Below, piece after piece: positions 52,021 through 64,000 of a stretch of DNA of 64,000 bases. A model generated the notes under the pieces. It saw only the letters and a program-made list of their open reading frames with translations. It searched no databases and was not told where the DNA came from. Origin of the DNA: Tubiluchus corallicola (lineage: Eukaryota > Animalia > Priapulida). The first letter of the stretch is position 1, and the number at the start of each line of letters is the position of its first letter. The position numbers and the translations under genes are program-made. The stretch spans positions 62,001 to 126,000 of the forward strand of contig JAQGDQ010000170.1 in assembly GCA_030141605.1 (NCBI GenBank), given 5' to 3'.

Positions 52021-52981
52021 GGCTGCCAGGCCATAGAAACTCATGCTTCATGCCTCACGCTTCATACTTCATAATTCATGCTTCATGCTTCACGGCCCAC
52101 TGAGCCATAGGGGCTCATGCTCTCACGCTTCACACACGAGTCTGCGTTGCGCATTCAAAATGGAATCATCTGACGAGGAAGATTTCTTGATTTTGTTGTG
52201 TCTCAGAAGAAGGAAGCGAAAGAGACGGAGAATATGGTGCCGGGAGCATTTTTTGCTCAGAGAATCCAGAGGAGAATTTCAGCGGACATTTCAACACCTC
52301 GTGGACAATCCTGATGAAGAACTATTTCATAATTATACAAGGATGTCGCACAAGACTTACAGTACATTAAAGTCCCTCGTGCTAGGACATTTGAAGCCAC
52401 GCCATTCAAATTGGAGGAGGCCAATCGAAGCAGAACAAAAGCTCATCATAACTCTCAGGTGGTAATTACTAGTCAAAGTATGTTTGTCAGATAAGCATGC
52501 ACTGACATGACCACATAAAAAAGTAGATCTAAACACCCCCCCCCCCCCGATAAAAAAGAAAGGCCACACAAAAATTCCAAAATGTTTTTGAAGGGTAAAA
52601 TTTAATTATTTTATGTTTTTCAGATATACTGACATGACCATATAATAAAAACAAAAACCGAAAAACGAAAGTGAAAAATTTGAAAAGGTTTAGGTCACAA
52701 TGTCCCGTTCTAACTCTGATCGTGAAATGAATAGTCCTCAGGACCATGAGCAGTCAAAAAACGCTCTGATATCCAGTCTGCCCCCGGACTCACGTCTCGA
52801 AAAAGTGAACATGTTCACTTCTAGCTTCACGCGTGAGTCGTGAAGCTTGAAGTGTGAGGCGTGAGCGGAGGTCTATGGCGCACCGCAAATAAGATTACGT
52901 TTGTTCATTTTTCCACTCACGCGTTTAGACGTGAAGCATGAGCGTGAGGCATGAAGCGTGAGTTTCTATGGCCTGGCAGCC
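52021..52981 (+). mobile_element. PIF/Harbinger non-autonomous deletion derivative with transposase N-terminus (52160-52465)
   Basis: About 40-bp TIR GGCTGCCAGGCCATAGAAACTCAYGCTTCATGCCTCACGCT; TAA TSD; peptide RRRIWCRE..RESRGEF...FHNYTRMS...PIEAEQKLIITLR is typical of Harbinger transposases. Confidence 0.93.
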
Positions 52982-54374
52982 TAAGAGGAAAGTTTTTGAG
53001 TATTTCCCAAGACTCTGTGTTACTCAGTTGTTAGTTTTACTGCTGAACACCAAAACTGAGTGGTCAGTTAGTCAGTGTGTCAGTAACTTAGCCGGTCAGT
53101 CAGTTAGTCAGTGTGTCAGCCACTCCATCAATTAGTAAATCACACAGTTAATCAATGTATTTCTTAAATATCTGAGTGAGTGAATGAGTGGTTCACTAAC
53201 AATTATAGTAGCTGGTTGCTTAGATATCATTATATGTTCTCAAAAACTTTACAACGATTCACCAATATGAATTTAGGTTACTGTGCAGAAATACATGAAT
53301 GCATTAAAAATTAAATATTAAAGAAAATTAAAATTAAAATTCATTTTTTTGTTATGACCGTAAACTTGTTTGAACAGCAGCTATAATCACACCGAAATAT
53401 TCTGCACGTAACTTACTGCTACATGATGTAGGTCCAATAATGGGGCGAGTAGTAATTTAAATATTTATTATAAATGGGAAGTAATGATTTAGAAGTAATT
53501 AAGGCATTTATTAATTATGTTGGAAAAGCGTTTTTAAGACATGATGAACAATATACTACGTAATGATCATATCATTGAAAATGATATCTAATGAATGACT
53601 ATTTATTTTAAATACTAATCATTAAACTTTTCGTTAAATAACTAATATAACTAACCGAAAGATTTAACAATATTTCTTTTATTAGTAATTGTTTTGTTTG
53701 TATGCAGTGTCATTATATTTCATAATTGAAATTGTATATATGTCTTGATTTTGTATTGTTCAACATTGATATTGTATGTATCTCTTTATGTATTTTTGAC
53801 ACTAATAAATAAATATCATAAAATTGCATGACTACTTCAACACTGAATCATCATCATTATCATAACTATCATAGATGATTCCTTACGAATACTTGGTTTT
53901 AATGCATTACCTTAGTTACAGTATCTAATAATGGGTGTTTCACAAGTCACTCACAAATGCCTTTCCAATTTTCGTTGAAGCTAATAAACCAACGGCATTC
54001 ACTTTGTGAAATGCTCTTACTGAGAAATTGAAATTGAGAGTTTTTAAGTCTGTGTTTGACGTTTTACCCTATTTTTTCAGCTAGCAGACTCTAGAACAGA
54101 GGTCTAAAATCACTGCACAGCTGTGATAATATACGTGAAAGTTACAATCATTGCAGTAAACGTATGAAGTCCCCGCGAATCCCCTGATACACTTTTTGAC
54201 ACCAAAAAAATACAAAGTAATTTCAAAGTTTGTCAAAATTACGACTGATTTCACATACTGTAAGAACGCTCCTGTTATAACAGAATCACACAGAAGGAAA
54301 AGGTAGCCATAGCAACAGTGCAAATAAAGTGCAGTTTTTGTCGCCGCACTTCGTTGGCTCAATTCCAGATTACG

Positions 54375-54890
54375 CTACTCTTCTTCTTCTTCCTTCAAAA
54401 TCTCATTCCACCTGTTGTACGCATTGTGGAATCAACATTTATCAGAATATTCCACCCACTTCTATTTGCGGCTAACAGCGTAAGTTCTTCTACTCCTAAA
54501 AATAGATTTGGTTAAAAATTGGTTGAAGTTGTTGAACATCTTTATTTATCTTAGCTATCCAAGTTGTTTTAGGTTTACCAGGTGGTTTTTTGCAAGGTTT
54601 TAAAGGCTTCCTTTAAGGCGATTCTCACTGGTGCTTTATTTGTAATCTTAGAAGATGTCCTAGCCAGCATAATCTTCGCATCTTGACTTTTGAACTCCAA
54701 TAAATTTCTTTTGTTCTGGTGTATAAATCTTCATTTTTGATTATGTATGGCCATCTTATCTTAAAAACTCTGATAAAAAGACTTCTATGAAATGTGTCAA
54801 TCTGCTTTTCTTGAGTAATCGCTAAACCCCAAGTTTTGCTGTTGCACATAAATATGCTGGTAACGTAAGCATTAAGTAATCGAAGTCTTA
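54375..54890 (-). mobile_element. RTE-like LINE 3' remnant
   Basis: IDTFHRSL..IRWPYIIKNEDLY..RRLCWLGHLLRL, then KPPGKPKTTWI in another frame; (GAA)n tail. Confidence 0.8.
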
Positions 54891-55164
54891 CGTAAAGTAA
54901 TACTAATCAGAGATGTTGACAGTCTTACGGCTTGGCACCAAGACCAAACCGTTGTTGCAAATGTTGTCCTCTTTCCGTTCGTATCGTCAGTGTTGTGATC
55001 ATACAATTGTTTAAGATGCAGAGTTAAGAGTTTAGAAAATCGTACAAACAGCAGAAACCTACGTTAAGTGAAATCATTGTCTCAAAACTAATATCGTAAA
55101 TCAAACACTAAACTAAACATTTTGTATAATTTGTTTGATTTCAATAAAATTGCTGCAGTATGTG

Positions 55165-55218
55165 ATTTTGCTACGTAAACAAACACGTTGGCTAATGAAT
55201 TGACATACGCTGGCAGAA
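55165..55218 (-). pseudogene. Isolated GPCR TM7 fragment (LPAYVNSLANVFVYVAK)
   Basis: Nearly identical to 48350-48403. Confidence 0.8.
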
Positions 55219-56447
55219 TATACGCTGGCACAAGACAACTAGAGAGTTACGAAGCAATTTCTATTATTTTTAAAGGCAATTATCTATTGTAATAAACAGA
55301 ACTTTTGCTGTAATTGTTAAGGCATTCTCAAGACAAAAGTGATATGATTTAGACGCAACTTGTGTAGTTTGCTCTCATTATTTCATTTCTGGAGTCACAC
55401 ATCCTCTGTCATGACTCTTGCACTTCAGACCACGCTGCGCTGTCACCTGCAACCTCCCAAGTCTCTGTATTTTTCATATCTAATATATGACGTGTTGAGT
55501 AGATCTTTTTGTATGAAATTGGTTAAGTCAGCGGCTGTTCACCTTGCGGTATTTTGCTTTGCTGACAATTTGTAACCGTTCATTGCGTGTAAACGTAGCT
55601 CGTAGACAATTCAATTCAATTCAGCTTTATCTTCTCAACAGTAGTTTTTAAAAAGTTTGAACAGAAACGATAAATAACTTGACATTTGACTAGGCTTCCA
55701 AATTCGCTATTTGCAAACAAGAATGAAAGTGTTAAAATGTTCGAGAACTGAAAATATAGTAAAAAAGTGAAAGAAATTAGAATATAGGGTAACATTTCTA
55801 AAAACTACAGCGCCGAGAAAATTCAAATGAGCTTCCCGGTCTAAAAAGTACGGACAATACTAATTCCTACCCCTTGGTAATTAATATTTACTTACCGAGC
55901 TATCAGGACGGAATAAACCTTTTCACAGTTCCAGCGATTGATGATTATGATTGTGAAAAGGTCAAAGGTTAAATCTACCCGACAACTCATTCGTTTGTAC
56001 TTGACAGCCTGTACGTCTCTCAACCCATGCAGTTGTAATAGTAATAGTAAACCCACGCTAGTTGCAATAAACAAATGCACCACATATTTTTGTGGACTAG
56101 AGCCCAGAATTCAGTAAGCCATTATCCTCGCCTATGAAAATCAATTCTCCTGACAATCGCAATATATGAGATTTAGAACTATAATTTATTAGCCAAGACT
56201 TTATAAACAAATCTTAACATAGCTCACTTTGGCTTAATCAGAATTGTGACTGTCATTACTAGTAAACTACATAATACTAATAAGAAAAAAGTCAACAAGT
56301 TTCATATGGAAGTTTTACCTTACAGAGTTCCAGTATTTATGCATGGGAGAAAGAAAGAAACGCACAGACGGAGAAAAATAAAGAAATGGAGAAATAAAGA
56401 GAAAAAGACGGAGGAACAGAATGACAGAAAAGAGAGGGGTCAATATT

Positions 56448-56871
<424 letters not shown>

Positions 56872-57256
56872 CTTTATTAGTACTGTTATGAATGCATTAA
56901 CATGCTTAAACATGCAATAATTAGTATGTAACGTATACCACAATTCGGACCTCCATTTTCAGGCATTAAGTATAATCTAAGCATCCAGGGAGAGGATAAG
57001 GTATAAGCATCGTAGAGATGAATGAGAAATGAAAGAAGCCAAACATGATATCAGATGCCCTCCTTACTGAGTGGAAGAAAACGAAGTACGCGTTTCAGCG
57101 TCTCGTGAATCCGCCCGACGTAGTTATACGTTCTCTGCTGCTTTAGTATTTATCCACGGCTGCATGGGATGGGGGTTTATAGCCAAATCAACTGGCTTCA
57201 CGCCTGCACATTTCGGCAATCATTCGGGGACCGTGTCCGCATTCTCACGTCTCACC

Positions 57257-57455
57257 ATGATACCGTTCAGGACGATTGTAGCCGCGGTGCTTTTGGTGCT
57301 AACCGTTATCGTTGTCGTGGTCGCGTTTGCCTCTAATCAATGGCTGGAACTGGATCACAATGCGAACTCTGGACTTTGGAAGTGGTGCTTCTTGAAGCAC
57401 TGCCGATGGTTTTACGAGGAAGGCATATCGGATGTCACAACAGAGCGTCTGCCAA
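57257..57455 (+). CDS. Claudin/PMP22/EMP-superfamily first coding exon A (TM1 + ECL1)
   Basis: MIPFRTIVAAVLLVLTVIVVVVAFASNQWLELDHNANSGLWKWCFLKHCRWFYEEGISDVTTERLP has the W-GLW-C-C signature; start context CACCATG; phase-1 donor A|GTAAGT. Confidence 0.87.
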
Positions 57456-57719
57456 GTAAGTCATTTGCTCAGTAGCGGAATGTCATTTAGTTACAAGATC
57501 CTCGTCAGTCAGTATTTTTCGTGCTGCAAAAAGAGAAGATGGTGATCTGGTAACCCCTGGTGATGCCAAAAAGAGAACCCCTGATGATCCAGTCGCTAGT
57601 TATCGTGTAATAACTGCTATGCTGTAATAATTAGGGGTTAAGCGAGCACACTTCACTATTTTCGACACTTCAATATTTTAGAAAATATTAATGTACGAAT
57701 ATTTAAGACTGATGCATTT

Positions 57720-57910
57720 CATATCAGATAGAAACTACTGGAGTCATGTATACATTGGAATATTTTACAGTTAGTAACATAGTTAAATTCATCTTTACCG
57801 AATAATAACAACTTCAACAGATCATTAGTTCCTAAGGCAGCTATATTAAGGTTTTCAGGCAGAAGCATTTCATTTAGTTTATCAAACATAACAACCCTAG
57901 TTTGTTGATA
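57720..57910 (-). mobile_element. LINE ORF2 extreme 3' remnant
   Basis: LLLFGKDEFNYVTNCKIFQCIH resembles LINE ORF2 C-termini. Confidence 0.5.
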
Positions 57911-57989
57911 CAAGATGCACATATCTTTTCCTCCGTTGTTCTATCTTTCCCTTTTCTGTTATTCCTTTTCTCTTTTTCTTCTGTTTCTC

Positions 57990-58412
<423 letters not shown>

Positions 58413-58694
58413 ATCTCGACGTTAAAACTTGACCGCTCATTAAAAAGTTTTAAATACTGAACAAGCAGGTAATACCCTACTTCTTTTTCTAACATACAGA
58501 TGACAGTAACATGAGACTAAAACACAACAACGCAGCTGTGTTGAGAATATCAAAGTTTAATAAAGGAACAAAAGATAAAAAATTGAGTAAATGAATTTTT
58601 ATTCCCAAAAAGAAAGAAAATAAAGAAAACGAGCGACCAAAAGATTCAATGAATAAACGAATTTATGGATATAGGCGAAAAGAAAAAAACGATT

Positions 58695-58930
58695 GAATAA
58701 ATGAATGATCGAACGAACGAATGAGTCTATGAATGAATGAATGAATGAATGGTCGAACGAACGAATGAGTCCATGAATGAATGAATGAATGAATGAATGA
58801 ATGAATGAATGAATGAATGAATGAATGAATGAATGAATGAATGAATGAATGAATGAATGAATGAATGAATGAATGAATGAATGAAGGATAAATGGCGTAA
58901 ATGAAGAATAAATAAATGAATGCATGAATA
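58695..58930. repeat. (GAAT)n microsatellite
   Basis: Seen directly. Confidence 0.97.
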
Positions 58931-59960
58931 AAATAACTAAATAAATCCGTTATCTACAACAGAATAAAACATAATTAAAGTGTTTGCACAGAAAAATTTT
59001 CATGGGCATGTTCATTTAGTGATTTTATTAGAGAGATAACTGTTTAATGTTGGTTTAAATGTGCACCCAGCTATAAAAAAATGTACTTGTAATTACAGTA
59101 TCTAGATTCAGGAACAGTCTCAGTGACTTGTCTTTCACATGTACTATAATACTTACATATATTATAGTTGTACGCTGTACTACCGTATGGAGTACAACGC
59201 GCATGGATTGAATAATGTTGATTCACAATAATTACGTGGGTAACACTTATTATAATTGATATATATATATATAAATTCTTTATTTGTCATTAAAATGGTT
59301 CACTCATTATAATAAAATTGAGTAAGCCTCAGCGTAACGTTAAAATAACAACACTGTTCAAGACAAATGCGTCCAGTGCATACTAAAACAAACTAAGGCC
59401 TAATTATATACAATAAATGAACATATTTACAAACACCATATTAAAATGTTTTTACAAAACAATGATACAAAAGTACATTAAATTTTACATGACATATTTT
59501 ACACTATATATACATTTGACATGACACAATTAACAGAAACATTACATAAATTTCACTCATTACATTTACACTATTTATACATTTGACATTACAAAACTAA
59601 CATAACACATATTAGATTACATAATTTTTTTAAATTTTTACATTTTAAATAATAATAGTTAAATAATTTACTAATTATTTCAATGAAGCACAATAATTGA
59701 TTCAAACGGTAGGCCTATCGCCAGTTTGTAAAGAAGTTTATTTAACAAGATTTCCGGCATTGCTTACAATGGCTTCAACGTGGTGTGAGTTTTAGTTTTC
59801 CGTGTAACTCGACGCGAATTAGAGCACTTGAACAGTAACGTGGGAAAAGTTAACATATTGACTTAATACAAAGAAAACTAAACACCAGAGGGCGCGACGA
59901 GACGATGAAAAACAGTGGCTATTCAAACGCGAAGTTAACAAATGACGCTGTTACTTCAGC

Positions 59961-60493
<533 letters not shown>

Positions 60494-61333
60494 TCCGCAA
60501 GAACATGAAAAGCAAAATCAGGAAAATTCTCTTGCCACGAATAGAAATTATTGTTTTAACACAGCAGCGTTCTCGGCTTTATTGATGCTCATCTTTCTAA
60601 TTATGTAACGAATCTATTCCATGTTATGCAAAGACATGCCCTAGAATAACAAACGCACCGTTATCTATGCCCACCCAGCTTAGTGGCAAGCTGGTTTAAA
60701 TAAAAATCCCGTCGTAAATTTGGCACGGTCGATTTTATAATACTTCTAAGTTGCTTGTTATTGTAAAATGCATGTTACACATTTTTCATTTATCTCCCCA
60801 AATAAATGAGTGCATATAACAACCTATTACGTTTTTATTAACTAACACTGATTGATCATCTCTGTAAAGTTTTTATCAGTGATTATCAATGTATTTTAAT
60901 AGATTATTATATATATATATATATATACGTCACTACAAATGTACGTAGCCTTCCATAAATATTACTGTTTACTATTGTGATTATCATTGTTTTGAAGTAT
61001 CTCTGTGCTATACACGTATCCCCAAAGTTAGGGTCTTTCCTATATTTTGGTAACGGCTAGACTAATTAGTTGGCCCCCTAATGTGAAAATTTTTTTCGGT
61101 AAGCTATTTGAAATCAAATTTGAAAATGAAAATTATGCAATGATAAGAGCATGCTGCGTGTGTGGGTATAAGTTTTTTATATTATAAAGCCCTATAGCCC
61201 TTTAACTTTCTAGTATATAAATAGTTGTTGAATCATCCGCTTGATGGCGGTGTGACATCAAACTCTACAGGTGCGTCGAAAATACCTGCCGGTTTACCTA
61301 TCGACAAGTATTGTGTTACCTGGGAGAGGCAAA

Positions 61334-61538
61334 ATGGCGTCGGCGGGAGTATTTCTGTTGAAATTTTTGGCAGGTATAATGCTGTTTCTCACAGCGTCCT
61401 GCGTTACCATAGCATTTGGCTTTGATCAGTGGATGCTGATGGTAGAGAGCAACAGTGGTTTATGGAGGGTTTGTGTACGTGACGTGTGCCGTTGGTACTG
61501 GGAAGAAAGCAAGTATTCTGTAGACACCTCCCTGCCTC
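61334..61538 (+). CDS. Claudin/PMP22/EMP-superfamily first coding exon B (TM1 + ECL1)
   Basis: MASAGVFLLKFLAGIMLFLTASCVTIAFGFDQWMLMVESNSGLWRVCVRDVCRWYWEESKYSVDTSLP has the W-GLW-C-C signature; start context AAAATGG; phase-1 donor C|GTAAGT; TATATAAA at about 61214. Confidence 0.87.
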
Positions 61539-62530
61539 GTAAGTAGTGTACTTTCAAAACATTTACGTCGTCTGTATAATATGAAAGTAAAAAAGTTCGA
61601 ACTGTAATTAGCTAGTCAACTTCATTTAGCTCATTAGATTCTGGTAGCTGACTCAATGACCAATTTGTCTTTCGCTACCCTTTCTCCTGCACCCCCCCCC
61701 CCCTTAACTCTCCTTTGTGCTTAATTTATCCTTTTTAGTCAATAAGTAAAAAAATAATAGTCAATTTGTATACAGGTGTAAATGAGGAGATAAATAAAAA
61801 TGCCTGTCTATTCTGAGATTACAGTATTAGGTCTTGCTAATAATATTACGCAATTCAATTCAAAAGGTTTATTTTATCTCTAATATAATATTTATAGCGC
61901 AAATACAACAAATTATGTAAAGTGTGTAGAGATGGGGCGGCGAAAGACCAGGAGGTCATCGAGTCAGCCACCCCTATATAACTTAGGAATAGTAATAAAG
62001 CACGGCAGTCTACATGGTTAAGTGAACAAATACGTGGTTAGATCTTAAGTGTAGCAAATAAACAAAATGCAAAGCAGTTAAATATTAAAACAAAAACTGA
62101 ACAACATGCAGTTAAGTCACGAATGCAACAACAAAAAAGTAAAGGGAAGAAAATTTGTGCAGTAAGTCTTAAATGTAATAAATGAACAAAAGCAATCGGT
62201 AATCATAATGTGACAGATACACACAAAAAGCAAGCAATGCAGTCAATTTATAAATGCAGCTATTGAATGAAAAGCAACCAAAGAAACTGTAATTAAATTT
62301 TAAATGTGACAGTTTAAAAAAACAAATTTAATCATAAATATAGGAAATATATTCAAGCAGGCGAGCAAGCATATTTCCAATCGGACTGGAGATGTTCAGC
62401 GACCTACCACAACGGACCAAAGTTTCAAGCTAACCAATAGCAAATCCAATAAAGTACAAAGAGCGCGTTTTTTTAGGAATAGCATAGTAAACCCACGTAA
62501 TGCATTACCAGCACCCATGTGGCTTTGGTT

Positions 62531-62585
62531 CACACACTCACACATGCACACACACACACACACATGCACAAACACACACACACAT

Positions 62586-62624
<39 letters not shown>

Positions 62625-62635
62625 CACACACACAT

Positions 62636-62673
<38 letters not shown>

Positions 62674-62675
62674 GC
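62531..62675. repeat. (CA)n microsatellite
   Basis: Seen directly. Confidence 0.97.
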
Positions 62676-62968
62676 ACTGCTACCCATTATGCTAAATGCT
62701 TGCGCTTGTGATGCTTAGAGACTTGCTGCTTTAAAATCTTGTAAATCAGGTGATCGAGGGACCCAGAGATTTGTGTAGAGCAAATCTCAACAGACAGTTG
62801 TAGTTCAATAATATATATTTTCAATATTGCATTTATTTCGCATCAACACAAATACAACTGGTACATTAAAAAAATACAAGAATTTCAATATTTAACAAAA
62901 AAAAACAAAATACCCATTAAGAACCAAATTTTGAAATAATTATACTCAATTAAATACCCAGTTAAATG

Positions 62969-63367
62969 CAGGGGTGTATGAACACTTTTACGACGTCCTA
63001 GACTAATAGTTCTGTCCCGCCCATTTTATTAATTTATGATTGCTTATGTAATGAGTAGATTAAACAATTACTTGTGGTGTATTAGAAACATATTAGCCTA
63101 GTTTCTACGTAGTCACTATTAATTATTTGCATAGCACTTACATTCAAGCAGGCTGGACAACTGCTTATACATGTAATACCTTGCACCTGTTTGTTATGTA
63201 ACACTTATATAAAGGCTGCGCTTAATAACTGCCTGTGGTGTGTTATAAAATGTGCCCTTTACATGAATATGAAAGTACGTGTATACGCATTTTTCTAAAA
63301 TGAGATGCCCTCAAACTTTGGCGCCCTAGGCTAGAGCCTAGTTAGCCTATTGGTTAATGCACCCCTG
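62969..63367. mobile_element. Probable old hAT MITE
   Basis: CAGGGGTG ... CACCCCTG; flanks gttaaatg and gttaggtg (2 mismatches). Confidence 0.5.
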
Positions 63368-64000
63368 GTTAGGTGATTTGTGTTGGAAGGCATTAAGGAA
63401 GGAAACCAACCTTGTAAAAGTGTCCGAACAGTGAAATTTCAAATATTTTATAAATTCTAAAAAACGAAAGGACATAATGTGAATAAACAAGTGAGGATGA
63501 GAAAAAATGATGATGAGAAAAAGTTGTATACAGAAAGTACACTTGAAATATGAAATATCAAAAGTAAGGAATAGTTAAGACATAGTTTCCCAACCATTTC
63601 TTGCTGGTGATCTCTTCAGATGGTCACTGGTGGGTGTAAGAATTTAGTGTATCAAAGTTTTATTGATTTTTTGTTCTTATGTCTGAACTGCTCAACAGTT
63701 ATGACTTTCTTGTTACTTTTTGGTTAGGATGCTCTTGTGTTCCTATTTATCTTCTGTAAGTGACTCACTATGGTCAATTGATGCATTTTCGAGACATTTT
63801 TGTTAGCATCGCAAGATTACTTATGACGGCTACTGTTAGCTCATGTTCACACTGTCAGCATCTTAATACTGATTTAACACTATGGTCGTTTCTTCTCCTC
63901 TTTTCCTTCTTCCTTTCCCCAATCTTACTATTTTTTTCCATTCCATCATGTCTACTAACCCTCACCATTCTTTCATTCACTCATTTGTGCCACCTTAGCA

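Larger units (their letters stand above)
44348..53270. repeat. Tandem segmental triplication carrying the GPCR genes (periods 2999 and 2160 bp)
   Basis: Coding and flanking DNA are near-identical among units; the three stops map to 45304, 48303 and 50463. Confidence 0.95.

Noticed and set aside
55892-56083. Secreted-protein first exon on the minus strand
   Set aside because: The hydrophobic start and GTAAGT donor are suggestive, but the start lies in a repeated segment and I found no homology or partner exon.
63699-63755. Second (constant) exon of the claudin-like gene
   Set aside because: It has AG and GTAAGT boundaries, but the frame needed after a phase-1 intron hits TAG.

Overview
AT-rich, intron-containing DNA from an animal, most likely an invertebrate; no species can be named from the sequence alone. 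There are no prokaryotic features or CRISPR arrays. Hand-spliced genes: the last exon of a ninjurin; ENY2 (4 coding exons, +); SNX16 (6 coding exons, -), convergent with ENY2; tRNA-Arg(CCG); a two-exon GT10 alpha-1,3/4-fucosyltransferase; three recent tandem intronless class A GPCRs; and two paralogous first coding exons of a claudin/PMP22-superfamily gene with no TM2-TM4 exons visible between them. The rest is LINE remnants, non-autonomous DNA transposons (hAT-, Tc1/mariner-, Kolobok- and Harbinger-like, several with readable target-site duplications), a rearranged 5S rRNA copy, and mini/microsatellites. The best candidate for an undescribed system is the pair of claudin-like 'variable' first exons. 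The GPCR array is also notable because its duplication and insertion history can be read directly. Most long ORFs in the supplied track are microsatellite artefacts. All coordinates were counted by hand and family names come from motif recognition, not database searches.
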